Source: a bacterium (GTDB taxonomy: Bacteria > UBA8248). From it: DNA of 64,000 nt. Shown here piece after piece: positions 48,438 to 58,380 of this stretch. The notes below the pieces were generated by a model that was not told where the DNA came from, made no database searches, and saw only the letters and a program-made list of their open reading frames with translations. Positions within the stretch are counted from its first letter, which is position 1; the number at the start of each line of letters is the position of its first letter. Location of the stretch: the NCBI GenBank assembly GCA_965207065.1, contig OZ242260.1, positions 1,600,001 through 1,664,000 on the forward strand, read 5' to 3'. The translations under genes were made by a program, and so were the position numbers.

Positions 48438-49964
48438 CTACTTGGACCGCGCCGCTTTCAGCCGCTCATAAACTTCCGTCCCCTTGAGCGCGGGGTTCTC
48501 TTTCGCGTAGTCCCGCGGCGTCTTGCCGGATTTGTTTCTGGCCCCCGGGTTCGCTCCCGCATCCAGCAGGGCCGCCACGACCGCCGAGTTCCTGCTGTAA
48601 GCCGCCGCCCAGTGCAGGGGCGTCCTACCGCTATTGTTCCGTGCGTCCACCTGAGCGCCCGCTTTCAGGAGAATTGTCGCAACCGCCGGATTCTGGTTGA
48701 GCGTCGCCAGGTGGAGGGGCGTCCATCCTTTTGCTTTATCCCTCGCGTTCACCCTGGCGCCGGCCTTCAATAAAGCAGCCGCGGTCGTCGGGTTTTCGTT
48801 GCGTGCCGCCCGGAACAGGGGCGTCTGTCCGAGCGTGTCCCGCGCGTTCGGGTCGCCCCCGGCCTTTAAGATAGTCGTCACGACCGCCGGGTTTTCGTTG
48901 CTCGCCGCCCGGAACAGGGGCGTCATTCCCTTCTCGTCCCGCGCGTTCAACTCGCTTCCGGCCTTCAGGAGCGCCATCATGACCGCGGGGTTCTCCTTGT
49001 ACCCCGTCACCAGATGCAGCGGCGTCATTCCGTATTTGTCCCGTGAGTCGACCTTCGCTCCTGCATCCAGCAAAATCTCCAAAACCGCCGGGTTTTCACT
49101 GTACATCGCCGCATCGTGCAGGGGTGTCCTGCCTTGCTCATCCCGCGCGTTCACCTCGGCGCCCGCCTCCAACAGGGCCGTCACGACAGCCGGGTTTCCT
49201 CTATGGGATGCCGCGAAGTGCAATGGCGTCGTTCTGGATTTATCCCGCGCGTTCACCTCGGCGCGGGCATGGATCAAAGCTCTCGCGACTGCCGGGTTCT
49301 TGTTGAGCGCCGCCCGGTGGAGGGGCGTCCATCCCTCTGCTTCATCCCGCGCGTTCACGTTTGCCCCGGACTTCAGCAATGTAGCCGTGATCGCGGGGTT
49401 TTCGTTGAGCGCCGCATGGAACAGGGGGGTTCGTCCAAGCACTTCCCGCGCGTTCGGGTCGCCTCCGGCCTGTAAGAGGGTCGCCACGACCGCCGGGTTT
49501 TCGTTGTACGCCGCCTTGTGGAGGGGCGTCTGTCCCCCGTCAGTCCGCGCGTTCACCTCGCCTCCGGCCTTCAGGAGCGCCGCCGTGATTGCCGGGTTTC
49601 GGTTGGATGCCGCCCAGTGCAGGGGATTCCGATCGAACTTGTCCCGCGCGTTCACCACGGCGCCGGCCTTGAGGAGGGCCGTCAAGACCGCGAGGTTCTC
49701 GTTGTACTCCGCCGCCAGGTGCAGCGGCGTGAGTCCGAACCCGCCCCGGGCGTCGACGTTCGCTCCGGCATCGAGACACCGGGAGACGTCCGCTGCGCGG
49801 GCGCGTTGGAAGAACTTCGCCGATTTCAAGTACTTCGCCATGTTCCAATCCCGGCACAACACCTTCGCCGCCATCCCGGTCGTCGCGCTCACCGCCACCG
49901 CGAGCCACAGGCAGAATCCCGCCAGGTACGCTCTGAAAAGTCCGGTCGATGGAATCATCTCCAT
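48438..49964 (-). CDS. Secreted ankyrin repeat protein (12 TPLH-type repeats plus caps)
   Basis: Signal peptide; recurring TPLHxAA..NPAV..ALLKAGA.VNARD. Confidence 0.95.
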   Translation of the reverse strand: MEMIPSTGLFRAYLAGFCLWLAVAVSATTGMAAKVLCRDWNMAKYLKSAKFFQRARAADVSRCLDAGANVDARGGFGLTPLHLAAEYNENLAVLTALLKAGAVVNARDKFDRNPLHWAASNRNPAITAALLKAGGEVNARTDGGQTPLHKAAYNENPAVVATLLQAGGDPNAREVLGRTPLFHAALNENPAITATLLKSGANVNARDEAEGWTPLHRAALNKNPAVARALIHARAEVNARDKSRTTPLHFAASHRGNPAVVTALLEAGAEVNARDEQGRTPLHDAAMYSENPAVLEILLDAGAKVDSRDKYGMTPLHLVTGYKENPAVMMALLKAGSELNARDEKGMTPLFRAASNENPAVVTTILKAGGDPNARDTLGQTPLFRAARNENPTTAAALLKAGARVNARDKAKGWTPLHLATLNQNPAVATILLKAGAQVDARNNSGRTPLHWAAAYSRNSAVVAALLDAGANPGARNKSGKTPRDYAKENPALKGTEVYERLKAARSK

Positions 49965-49993
49965 CTCCTCCGGTGTTGTTCCTATTCGTTGAT

Positions 49994-50605
49994 TCAGTGT
50001 CGTTTGCGCCGCGCCGCTTTCAGTCGCTCATAAACTTCCGTCCCCTTGAGCGCGGGGTTTTCTTTCGCGTAATCGAATGGCATCTTGCCGGATTTGTTTC
50101 TCGTCGCCGGGTTCGCGCCCGCATACAGCAGGGCCGCCACGACCGCCGGCGTCCTGCTCTCTCTCGCCGCCGTGTGCAGGGGCGTCTGCTTGAATTTATC
50201 CCGCAGGTTCACTTTGGCGCCGGCCTTGACCAGCGCCGCCACTATCGCCGGCGTTTTGCTGAACGCAGCGGCTGTGTGGAGGGGAGTCGTTCTCTTATAG
50301 AGATTCCGCGCGTTGGGGTCCGCCCCCGCTTTCACCAGCGCCGCGATGACCGCCGGGTTCGCGCTGTAAGCCTCGGCATTGTGCAGGGGGGAGTCTCCGC
50401 TGAATACGCTCCGCTTGACCGGGTTCTCCCCGGCCTTCACGCACCGGGAGATGTCCGCCGCATCCGCGCGCTCGAAGAAGGCCTGCGTATTCCAGTCATC
50501 ACACGAAACGCCCGCCGCCGTTGCGGGCGCCGCGCCCGTCACCACAACGAGCCACAGGCAGAATCCTGTGAGCGTCGTTCTGAAAAGTCCGGTCGATAGA
50601 ATCAT
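49994..50605 (-). CDS. Secreted ankyrin repeat protein (3 repeats), paralog of the adjacent gene
   Basis: Shares signal region STGLFR..L.GFCLWL and tail DYAKENPALKGTEVYERLKAAR; start may be 50623. Confidence 0.9.
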   Translation of the reverse strand: MILSTGLFRTTLTGFCLWLVVVTGAAPATAAGVSCDDWNTQAFFERADAADISRCVKAGENPVKRSVFSGDSPLHNAEAYSANPAVIAALVKAGADPNARNLYKRTTPLHTAAAFSKTPAIVAALVKAGAKVNLRDKFKQTPLHTAARESRTPAVVAALLYAGANPATRNKSGKMPFDYAKENPALKGTEVYERLKAARRKRH

Positions 50606-50689
50606 CTCCGTCTCCGCCTTCATCACCCCCGCTTCCACTTCACGAAATGAGGCCGCTACGCCTCGCCCACGGTGTTTTATAGATTGGAT

Positions 50690-50975
50690 CTTGCTCGTCA
50701 TTCCGAGTATGCCGGAATCCGGGCGGATGAGGAACGCGTTATCAGTCTCGACGAAGAGGGCTTGTTGAAATACCCCTCGTCGGGAGGCATCGCTTTTACC
50801 CCCCTGACAAGGGGGGGTAGGGGGGGTTGGTTTTCATGCCGGGGGTTGTTTTCCGGCGTCCCTCGATATGGCCCTTGCGGGCCTACTCGGGATGAGAGCG
50901 TTTTTTGTTTTCCTCACCCCGTGTAGTCCTGAGCCCCCCGAAGGACGTATCGAAGGGCCACCCTGAGCGGGTCGC
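50690..50975. repeat. REP/MITE-end cluster
   Basis: CGTCATTCCG..GCCGGAATCC, GGGCTTGTTGAAATAC, CCCCCTGACAAGGGGGGGTAGGGGGG. Confidence 0.65.
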
Positions 50976-51064
50976 GTGTATGCGTGGGGTGCTTCTGAGG
51001 AGTCGGTTCCGACCGAAAAGTGATCAGGTTCCGACCAATTAGAAAGCGATTGCTACGACTTATC

Positions 51065-51229
51065 AGAGCCGCCCGTCGCGTTGATGAAATCGCGCAGCAC
51101 CGCCTTGCCTACATCCACCTCGCCCGAGAGCAGGCATTCGACGCCCTATTTCAGAAGCTCTTGCCGGAAGGCCCGGTCGCTCTGAACCCTCGCCTGAATC
51201 GATTCCCTGAAATCCCGTGTGAGTGGCAA
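51065..51229 (-). pseudogene. Addiction-module antidote-like regulator remnant
   Basis: (M)PLTRDFRESIQARVQSDRAFRQELLK*GVECLLSGEVDVGKAVLRDFINAT; internal TAG, HTH half lost. Confidence 0.75.
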
Positions 51230-51383
51230 GGTTAGGTCTCTTGTCGGCGGCGTATCGGTGTGAAGATTGCGGTAACTGTGGCTTATGGTAAAATACATCA
51301 TCATCAAGTCGTCGGATAGGCGCATTTCTTTCCGCTTATTTCCACCACGAGACTGAGGGCCCACCATACACGGAGTTGTGTGA

Positions 51384-51971
51384 ATGGGACAGATGGGTCT
51401 GGCATCCAGCGAAACGGTGAGCGTACTGATCTTTCTTCTGCCCGGATTCGTGGCGGCGGCTGTTTTCTATTGGCTCACATCGCATCCCAGGCCCGGCGCG
51501 TTCGAGCGAATCGTTCAGGCATTGATTTTCACCATCTTGGTGCAGGCGGTGGTGAAGATGTTTTTCATCGTCGTGGAGAGCATCGGCTGGACTTTTACTT
51601 GGGATGAGGCGTGGCGGCTGGTTTTCTCGACCTTGGTGGCAATCGGTCTTGGTTTCTTGTCGGTCTATTTTTTGAACAAGGATATACTGCATCGTTATTT
51701 GCGCCGCATCGGTATCACGAGGGAGAATTCCTATCCGTCGCAGTGGTATTCCGCCTTCGACCGCCATGCGGGCTGCTATCTTGTATTGCACCTGAAGGGC
51801 GAACGCCGCCTTTACGGCTGGCCCACGGAGTGGCCGGGTCGCCCGGATGAAGGACATTTTTTGATTGAGGAGGTAGAATGGCTTCATGGCGACGAGCGCA
51901 CTCCCGCGGAGGGTGTCGTCGGCATGTTGGTCCCAGTCTCCGAAGTCGAAATGGTGGAGTTTTTGATTTAG
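51384..51971 (+). CDS. DUF6338-like membrane protein
   Basis: LIFLLPGF, IVQALIFT, SQWYSAF, LHLKGERRLYGWPTEWP, VEMVEF; start uncertain. Confidence 0.7.
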   Translation: MGQMGLASSETVSVLIFLLPGFVAAAVFYWLTSHPRPGAFERIVQALIFTILVQAVVKMFFIVVESIGWTFTWDEAWRLVFSTLVAIGLGFLSVYFLNKDILHRYLRRIGITRENSYPSQWYSAFDRHAGCYLVLHLKGERRLYGWPTEWPGRPDEGHFLIEEVEWLHGDERTPAEGVVGMLVPVSEVEMVEFLI

Positions 51972-52000
51972 GCAATTTCATCGAATCCGAGGAGCAATCC

Positions 52001-52096
52001 ATGGTTAGAGAACAGAACCCGCCCCCAAGCAGATCCGGAAAAGGCCCGGCCGTCAAGCCTCCGCCTCCGCCGCCTCCACCGCCGAAGAAGAGGTAG
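52001..52096 (+). CDS. 31-aa proline-rich peptide
   Basis: GAGGAG RBS 6 nt before ATG; MVREQNPPPSRSGKGPAVKPPPPPPPPPKKR. Confidence 0.55.
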   Translation: MVREQNPPPSRSGKGPAVKPPPPPPPPPKKR

Positions 52097-52238
52097 GGCT
52101 GCCCAAGGCCTGAAAACCGATAGTTGCGTTGATGAGTCGTGAAGTTCGGTCTTATCTATCACCCGCCGCGCGTTTCGGAATCACTCCTCGAAAAAAGCCG
52201 AACAATACGAGAAGGCATTTTTGACTTTTGCCTTTGAA

Positions 52239-52740
52239 CGTCATTCCGGCGCATGCCGGAATCCAGAGCCGATGAGGACGCCGACACCGCAGGACGACTC
52301 ATAAAAACGATAAAGCGAAAAGAAAAACCCAAAGATAAAGTGAAATGCCCAACGCGGGTATTTCTGGATTCCGGCATGCGCCGGAATGACGGGAGTGGAG
52401 AGGTCTTTGTAGGGGCGGACCCGCGTGTCTGCCTGCCTTTCTTGAAGGGCAAAAAGAGAACTGTAGGGTAGCCTGTGAATTCTGGGGAATTGCGAACAGT
52501 AACTCCCCCTTGAGAGTTCTTGCTGTCCGACGAGAGAGTAATTCACTCCCCCCTTGAGGGGGAGTCGACGAGGTAAGGGCGCAAGCCCGCAAGCAAGTCG
52601 GTGGGGGGAGCATTTTCTGTGGCATGTCCCCCCACGGATTCAGCCTTCGCAAAAATGCTCGGCTTCATCGTCTGGCTTTCCCCTCGGGAAGCCAGACCCT
52701 CAAGGGGTGAGTGAATTGGAAGCTCCTCAAGGGGGAATCA
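52239..52740. repeat. REP-like cluster including a perfect inverted pair CGTCATTCCGGCGCATGCCGGAATCCAG / CTGGATTCCGGCATGCGCCGGAATGACG
   Basis: Inverted pair 52239-52266 and 52364-52391, GTAGGGGCGGAC unit, ACTCCCCCTTGAGGGGGAGT family. Confidence 0.8.
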
Positions 52741-52775
52741 AGATTCCCTGTGTTTCTCCGTTCTTCGGAAATGGC

Positions 52776-54482
52776 CTACTTGAACCGCGCGTCGTTCAGC
52801 CGCCAGTAGACCTCCGTCCCCTTGAGTATGGGGTTTTCTTTGGCGTAGTCCCAAGACGTTTTGCCGGATTTGTCTCTTGCCATTGGGTTCGCTCCGGCAT
52901 CCAGCAATACGAACACTACAGCTGGGGTTTTGCTTAACGCCGCAGCGACATGCAAGGGTGTCAATCCATGATTTGCTTTCAGGCTCACCTTGGCTCCAGC
53001 TTGTATGAGGGAGGTTAAAATTACCGGATATTTACTGTGCCGTGCCGCATAGTGTAGCGGTGTCAATCCTTTTTCATCCCGTGCGTTCGGGTCGGCTCCT
53101 GCTTTCACGAGAGTTGTCACGTCCACAGGTGATTTGCCAATCTCCGCAATCATGTGGAGGCGTGTCCACCCTTTTTCAGTTCGTGCATTCACCTTGGCTC
53201 CTGCATCTAGCAAAGCCGCAGTGATTTTGTTATTTGCAGCCATGTGCAGGGGCGTCCAACCAATTTGTGTCCGTGCGTTTAATTTGGCTCCAGCACGCAA
53301 CAATGTATTCAGAATTGCTGGAGTTTTATTTTTCGCCGCCGCGACGTGTAAGGGGGTCAACCCCAGATTTGTTCTCGCACTCACCTTAGCTCCAGCTTTT
53401 ATGAGAGCGGTTATAATTGCAGGCTTTTTACTGTGCCTCGCCGCGATGTGTAGAGGTGTCCTTCCTTTTTCGTCTCGCGCGTCCGGGTTTTTAGTTTTTA
53501 GACAACGGGAGAGGTCCGCCACTCGTGCGTGCTTAAAGAACTTCAACGTGTTCCAGCTCTCACAAGGAAGTATTACTGATGACGTAAGAGTTGCCTTCAT
53601 CTCTCTTTTTAGTTTTTTCCTTAGTTTCGGAGGTTTGAGCCGTTCCTCATCAAGTCGTTTGCAAACATCCGTCCCTTTGAGCGCAATATTCGCATTTGAG
53701 TAATATCGCGGCGTTTCACCCGCTATGTTTTTCGCCAAAGGGTTAGCCCCAGCGTCCAATAAGGTTTTCACGATGGCGGGGTTTTTATTGAAGGCCGTCG
53801 CCCAATGTAAGGGAGTCAATCCAAATTCATCCTGCGCGTTCAAGTTGGCCCCAGCCTTAATCAGGAAGGTCACGACTTCTGGTATTTTGTTCCACCCCGC
53901 TGCAATGTGTAAGGGTGTCCATCCGTTTTTATTCTCTGCGGTCACTTTCGACCCAGCCTCAAGACAATAGGAGATATCCTCCACACTAGCGCACTCGAAG
54001 AACTCTCTTGTATTCCAATTTGCACATGAAACTCGCTCCAGTTGCTGGTGAAGCTTCGTTCCTTTGAGTGCAAAGTTCTTCTTTGCATAATCCGATGGCG
54101 TATTACCTGCGTTGTCTCTCGCCGCTAAATCTGCTCCTGCATCCAGCAAGCTTTTCACGACGTATGGGTCTGTGCTGAATAGTGCGGCCCAGTGCAGGGG
54201 AGTTAATCCTGTTTTATCTCGCGCGTTTGGGTTGGCCCCTGTCTTGAGCAAGACTTTCACAACATGGGATACACTAAACGCAGCTGCATAGTGCAAGGGT
54301 GTTTTTACGCCTTTCTGCTTTCTGTTCTGATTTATTAGGAGACAGCGGGAGATACCCGCCAAATCAGCGCTCCCTAAAAATTCTCTTGTATTCCAATTTG
54401 CACATAAAACCTCTGCTGACGCCGGAGTCGCGTTCACCCACGCGACAACCCACAGGAAAAGCACCACGAGCAAGGGCCTCAT
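52776..54482 (-). CDS. Secreted ankyrin repeat protein made of three capped modules (2+2+6 repeats)
   Basis: Three CxxWNTxxF...CL caps and three LKGT tails; visibly more AT-rich codons. Confidence 0.92.
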   Translation of the reverse strand: MRPLLVVLFLWVVAWVNATPASAEVLCANWNTREFLGSADLAGISRCLLINQNRKQKGVKTPLHYAAAFSVSHVVKVLLKTGANPNARDKTGLTPLHWAALFSTDPYVVKSLLDAGADLAARDNAGNTPSDYAKKNFALKGTKLHQQLERVSCANWNTREFFECASVEDISYCLEAGSKVTAENKNGWTPLHIAAGWNKIPEVVTFLIKAGANLNAQDEFGLTPLHWATAFNKNPAIVKTLLDAGANPLAKNIAGETPRYYSNANIALKGTDVCKRLDEERLKPPKLRKKLKREMKATLTSSVILPCESWNTLKFFKHARVADLSRCLKTKNPDARDEKGRTPLHIAARHSKKPAIITALIKAGAKVSARTNLGLTPLHVAAAKNKTPAILNTLLRAGAKLNARTQIGWTPLHMAANNKITAALLDAGAKVNARTEKGWTRLHMIAEIGKSPVDVTTLVKAGADPNARDEKGLTPLHYAARHSKYPVILTSLIQAGAKVSLKANHGLTPLHVAAALSKTPAVVFVLLDAGANPMARDKSGKTSWDYAKENPILKGTEVYWRLNDARFK

Positions 54483-54492
54483 TTGTACCCCC

Positions 54493-55200
54493 TCACCCCC
54501 TCTTCCACTTCACGAAATCCAGCCACCACGTCTCCCTTACCGCGTTCTTGAGATTCGGCCGCATGGCCGCGCTTCTGGGTGTGCCGTAGGCGGCTTCCTC
54601 CCAGGCGTCCGTTGTCGGGATGGTCGGGTCTTCCATGTCGTATAGCGCAATGATGCGCCGCACGCTCTTTTTCGTCTCCTGAATCTCCGCCTCCGCCGTC
54701 GCTCCGCCCGTGGCGGCGGTTTCTAACTGATACACGCGCCCGCGTGTCATGCCCTCCACCGCATACAGCCGCTCCAGGTGCTCCTCGCGGTACCAGGCGA
54801 GCATCTCCTCTTTCATCTCCTCGGTGTCGGGATTGGGACTCACCATGTAGACGTAAGGCGCATCAAAACGGTGCGGCTCCCCGATGGAAGTCTGAAGGCT
54901 GTACACGGCGCGCTCCGCGTTATTGATGAACGCCATGCACTCCCTGGTCCAGGGGGAGGGGTTGTCCCTCGATTCTTTGTAGTAATCGCTCTCGAACGCC
55001 GCGAGGGTATCGCCCTCGAAGGTGCAGAGAATGTTGTGATTCGCGCCGGCGTCCACCGCGTTGTAGCGGTAGCCCACCCGGAAGCCGGGGCCGTCCATCC
55101 TGTCGGTGGAATGCTCGCAGTTGTGCCACTTTCTGAACTCCTCGTGGTTCTCTGCGTCGACGTTCAGCCAGATGGCGACGAGCGCCTGGGTCGGGTTCAT
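54493..55200 (-). CDS. Twin dimeric alpha-beta barrel (EthD/DUF4286-like) protein
   Basis: FRKWHNCEHSTDRMDGPGF and MLAWYREEHLERLYAVEG repeat the W-Y-x2-E-H pattern. Confidence 0.65.
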   Translation of the reverse strand: MNPTQALVAIWLNVDAENHEEFRKWHNCEHSTDRMDGPGFRVGYRYNAVDAGANHNILCTFEGDTLAAFESDYYKESRDNPSPWTRECMAFINNAERAVYSLQTSIGEPHRFDAPYVYMVSPNPDTEEMKEEMLAWYREEHLERLYAVEGMTRGRVYQLETAATGGATAEAEIQETKKSVRRIIALYDMEDPTIPTTDAWEEAAYGTPRSAAMRPNLKNAVRETWWLDFVKWKRG

Positions 55201-55215
55201 CCGAAGAATCTCCTT

Positions 55216-56649
55216 TTATTCGATGCCCGCGAGGCGTTTCGCGTAATCGATGGCGGGGGTGACCTCGTGCTCGCGCCAGATGGTCATCTTCTCGGCCTCG
55301 ATGCTGCCTTCGGCGTGAATCGCCAGCACGGCCTGGTAGCCCGCGAAGTCGGACGCCGTAATCTCGGCGATCAGGTTCATGAGCCTGAGCCGCTCTTCCG
55401 TCGACGCGGCGGGCGAAGCGCCGAGGTATTTGTCGATGATTTCACTTAGCCTGGGGTCGTCCATGTCCTCCTCGCTCGGACCTGTGACGAGCAGCCCGCC
55501 CGCAATGTCCTGCACCCAGGCGAGCGCCTGGTGGTAGCCGGTGGCGAAGTGCAGCTTCGCGATGTTTATTACTTCGGCGTTGGGTATGGCGACGCCATCC
55601 ATGACTTTGCATTCCCTCGCGGCTTCTCGCGTCATGCCCCGGCAGATCTGCGCGTAGGAGATGAGCTTGGCGAGCTTGTCGCGCACGTGGCCCGCGCGCA
55701 GGATGCCGTTGTACTCCGCCATCAGGTGCGATGCGCCCACGAACAGGTCCACGAGCGGCAGCTTGTAGCTCACGGCGGTGAAGCGGTGGAACTCGACGAA
55801 GGTCTTCGCAAGCGGCCCGGCCATGTCCACCTCGCCGTTCAAGAACACGCGCTCCCAGGGCACCTTCACGTCGTCGAAGACGGTGAGCGTCTCCATCATC
55901 TTGTGCTTGCTCGAAATCGGGTTCTCGAACTCGGTTCCCTTCCTGCCGCCGTAGCCGCTGGCCAGCATGGTGAGGCCTGGCGCGTTGGCGGGCACGGCGC
56001 AGGCCACGGCGTACGCTTCATCGCCCGCCCGCATGTTTCTCGTCGGCAGCACGATTATCTCGTGCGCGTTCGTGGAAACCGAAGTGTGCACCTTCGCCCC
56101 GCGCAGGGTGATTCCCTCCTCATCCTGGGCCGCCACGCGGACGTAGTAATCGGGATGCGCCTGATCGGCAGGCCCCTTGCCCCTGTCTCCTTTCACGTCC
56201 GTCTGGGCGACGGCGACGGCGAGGTCGTTCTCCCGGCAGTGGTCGTGGAATTTCCGGACGCGCTCCAGGTAGCTCGTCCCCATGTTCTTGTCCATGTAAG
56301 AGGCCAGGAGACGCAGGGCGAAGAGCGCGTCGGTTCCAATCTCCTTGATGAGCACCACGAGCGTGCCGCCAAGCGCGGTGGCGCGCTCGATGAGAGCGCT
56401 TCTCTTCAAGAGATCGTCCGCGTTTTCGGGGATGTGGTAGTAGCGCGAGTAGGGGCCGTCCGGGCCGTCGACGAGCGCGAGTTCCTTGTCGGCCTCGTCT
56501 TCGGCCATCTCGTAGTCGATGGCGGCGTGATCCACCGCGATCCCGATGACGGGGTGGGTGGCCACATTTTCCACGCGCTCGCCCCGGTAGTAGACGACGC
56601 GGCCGTCATTCAGGCTTTGTTTGTATTCTTCGGGGCTCATGAGCGGCAT
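55216..56649 (-). CDS. 4-hydroxyphenylacetate 3-hydroxylase / 4-hydroxybutyryl-CoA dehydratase family flavoprotein
   Basis: EEYKQSLNDGRVVYYRGE, AQTDVKGDRG, LRGAKVH, VFDDVKVPWERVF, QDIAGG, HAEGS. Confidence 0.88.
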   Translation of the reverse strand: MPLMSPEEYKQSLNDGRVVYYRGERVENVATHPVIGIAVDHAAIDYEMAEDEADKELALVDGPDGPYSRYYHIPENADDLLKRSALIERATALGGTLVVLIKEIGTDALFALRLLASYMDKNMGTSYLERVRKFHDHCRENDLAVAVAQTDVKGDRGKGPADQAHPDYYVRVAAQDEEGITLRGAKVHTSVSTNAHEIIVLPTRNMRAGDEAYAVACAVPANAPGLTMLASGYGGRKGTEFENPISSKHKMMETLTVFDDVKVPWERVFLNGEVDMAGPLAKTFVEFHRFTAVSYKLPLVDLFVGASHLMAEYNGILRAGHVRDKLAKLISYAQICRGMTREAARECKVMDGVAIPNAEVINIAKLHFATGYHQALAWVQDIAGGLLVTGPSEEDMDDPRLSEIIDKYLGASPAASTEERLRLMNLIAEITASDFAGYQAVLAIHAEGSIEAEKMTIWREHEVTPAIDYAKRLAGIE

Positions 56650-56813
56650 GGTGGATTCCTCCCGGTTCTTGAATGCGCCCTGGGGGCGGCTGCGTGTGAT
56701 GTCGGTGAGTGGACAGGGTATCTTCTTTCGCGCTTCGGTGAAACGCCGCCCCGCCGGAATCAGGCGAAAAAAGGGCCGCCCACGCCTTTTTCACGCGGAC
56801 GGCCCAAGAGGCT

Positions 56814-57071
56814 TTACGCTTCTGCGAGTTCGCTCAGCTTGCCTTCCTTGTCGTAGGCCTGGAGCTGCGGGAAGCCGCCGATGACCTCGTCGTCGATGAC
56901 GATCTGGGGCACCGACTTGCCGCTGGTGCGCGCGATCATGGCGTCCCATTCGGGCGAGCCGCCGAACACCAGGTGCTCGGTCCATTCGAGACCGCGCTTT
57001 TTCAGGAGGTTCTTCGCGGCCAGACAGAAGGTGCAGGGTTCGGTGGTATAGACTTCGATGCTTGCTGCCAT
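56814..57071 (-). CDS. grxC: Glutaredoxin 3-like protein
   Basis: CTFC active site, SVPQI, IGGF. Confidence 0.85.
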   Translation of the reverse strand: MAASIEVYTTEPCTFCLAAKNLLKKRGLEWTEHLVFGGSPEWDAMIARTSGKSVPQIVIDDEVIGGFPQLQAYDKEGKLSELAEA

Positions 57072-57181
57072 TTTTCTCTCCATGAAGACGGCATTGACGG
57101 GTGAACGGGTTCGCGCCTCGCATGAGACGCCTGCTCATCCATAAAATAACAAAACGCCGGTCTTTCGTCATCTGAAATAGC

Positions 57182-57382
57182 GGTTGTTGAAAAAGCCTTT
57201 ATCAAAGGAGCAACCCCCCCCTACCCCCCCTTGTCAGGGGTCAAACGCGAGTGAGGAACGAGCGTTTGCAGAAGCCATTGGCGGGAAACGCATCGCCTTT
57301 TTTTACCCCCCTGTTAAGGGGGGGGTAGGGGGGGTTGGTTTTGAAGGCAGGGGGAGGACGAGCGGGGGGACTTTTTCATCGG
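57182..57382. repeat. Degenerate MITE/REP copy
   Basis: GGTTGTTGAAAAAGCC ... GGACTTTTTCATCGGC enclosing inverted CCCCCCTACCCCCCCTTGTCAGGGG units. Confidence 0.6.
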
Positions 57383-57527
57383 CATTCCCCTCGGGATGTC
57401 CGACCCCTCAAGGGGTCAATCCCGACCAAGGCGGGAGGGATTGTGATTCTCTTCTCATCGTTGGTTGGCAATACTGCACATGTCGTTTTACGCAACAAGA
57501 ACCGGCGTTTCGAGAGCGTTAGAATTA

Positions 57528-57610
57528 TTGACACAGGCCCCCAAAAACTATATATATTCTCTCCCTGTTGTTTAGGCAACTTATTTTGGAAAGCATCTTC
57601 TGCTAAACAA
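57528..57610 (+). promoter_or_regulatory. Sigma70 promoter of polyamine operon with downstream inverted repeat
   Basis: TTGACA-17 nt-TATATA; TTGTTTAG (57568) / CTAAACAA (57603) candidate operator or leader hairpin. Confidence 0.55.
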
Positions 57611-57728
57611 CGGATTCCGCCGCCCGGCCCCTTTGCAACGAATGGGATCGTGCGGCCGAATCTTCCGGGTGCGGTAGGTCATGAGTTCGTCCCGGTCCGA
57701 ATACGGCCGGACTTGAGCGGGTGAGGCG

Positions 57729-58328
57729 ATGGCGCACGAATCCCAGGACAAGCCGAGCAGGACGGGCATGAGCCGCTCCGTCGAGAGCATGCTGCGCGTG
57801 GGCGCGCGCATACGGGGCCTCCGCCTCTCCCACGGCCTCACGCAGGAAGAACTCGCCCACCGCTCGAACCTGACCAAGGGGTTCATCTCCCAGCTCGAGC
57901 GCGACCTCACATCGCCCTCCTTGGAAAGCCTGCTGGAGATATTAGAGGCCCTCGACACCGACATCGTCCGCTTCTTTCAGGGTTATGAGGCGGGACGAAT
58001 CGCCTTCGGTCCGGCGGATTCGCGCCATGCGGCGACATACGAGGAAGTCAGCGCCTTCGAGCTCATGGTGCCCGGAACGGCGAACCGCAACATGGAGCCG
58101 GCGCTGGTGACGATGGAACCGGGCGAGTCGATTTATGAAGACGCGCACGCGGGCGAGGAGTTCGGCTACGTTCTGGAGGGCAAGGTGCAGATTACATACG
58201 GGGAGATGCGCGCCAAGTCGAAAAGAGGGGAGTGGTTCTATTTCGCCTCGGACAGAAACCACCGCGTGGCGAATCCCTACAAGAAGCGCGCGAGGCTCCT
58301 CTGGGTGTCCACGCCGCCGAGTTTCTGA
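57729..58328 (+). CDS. XRE-family HTH regulator with cupin domain (PuuR-like)
   Basis: LTQEELAHRSNLTKGFISQLERDLTSPS, HAGEEFGYVLEG, WVSTPPSF. Confidence 0.9.
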   Translation: MAHESQDKPSRTGMSRSVESMLRVGARIRGLRLSHGLTQEELAHRSNLTKGFISQLERDLTSPSLESLLEILEALDTDIVRFFQGYEAGRIAFGPADSRHAATYEEVSAFELMVPGTANRNMEPALVTMEPGESIYEDAHAGEEFGYVLEGKVQITYGEMRAKSKRGEWFYFASDRNHRVANPYKKRARLLWVSTPPSF

Positions 58329-58380
58329 TTTGAGGAGCGCCGGACATGGTCTGTCGATTCGCATTAGGAGGAACGCCGAG

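Noticed and set aside
48697-49992. 431-aa repetitive plus-strand ORF, and CRISPR-like periodicity
   Set aside because: Antisense shadow of the ~99-nt ankyrin coding repeats; no constant repeat/unique spacer pattern or cas genes
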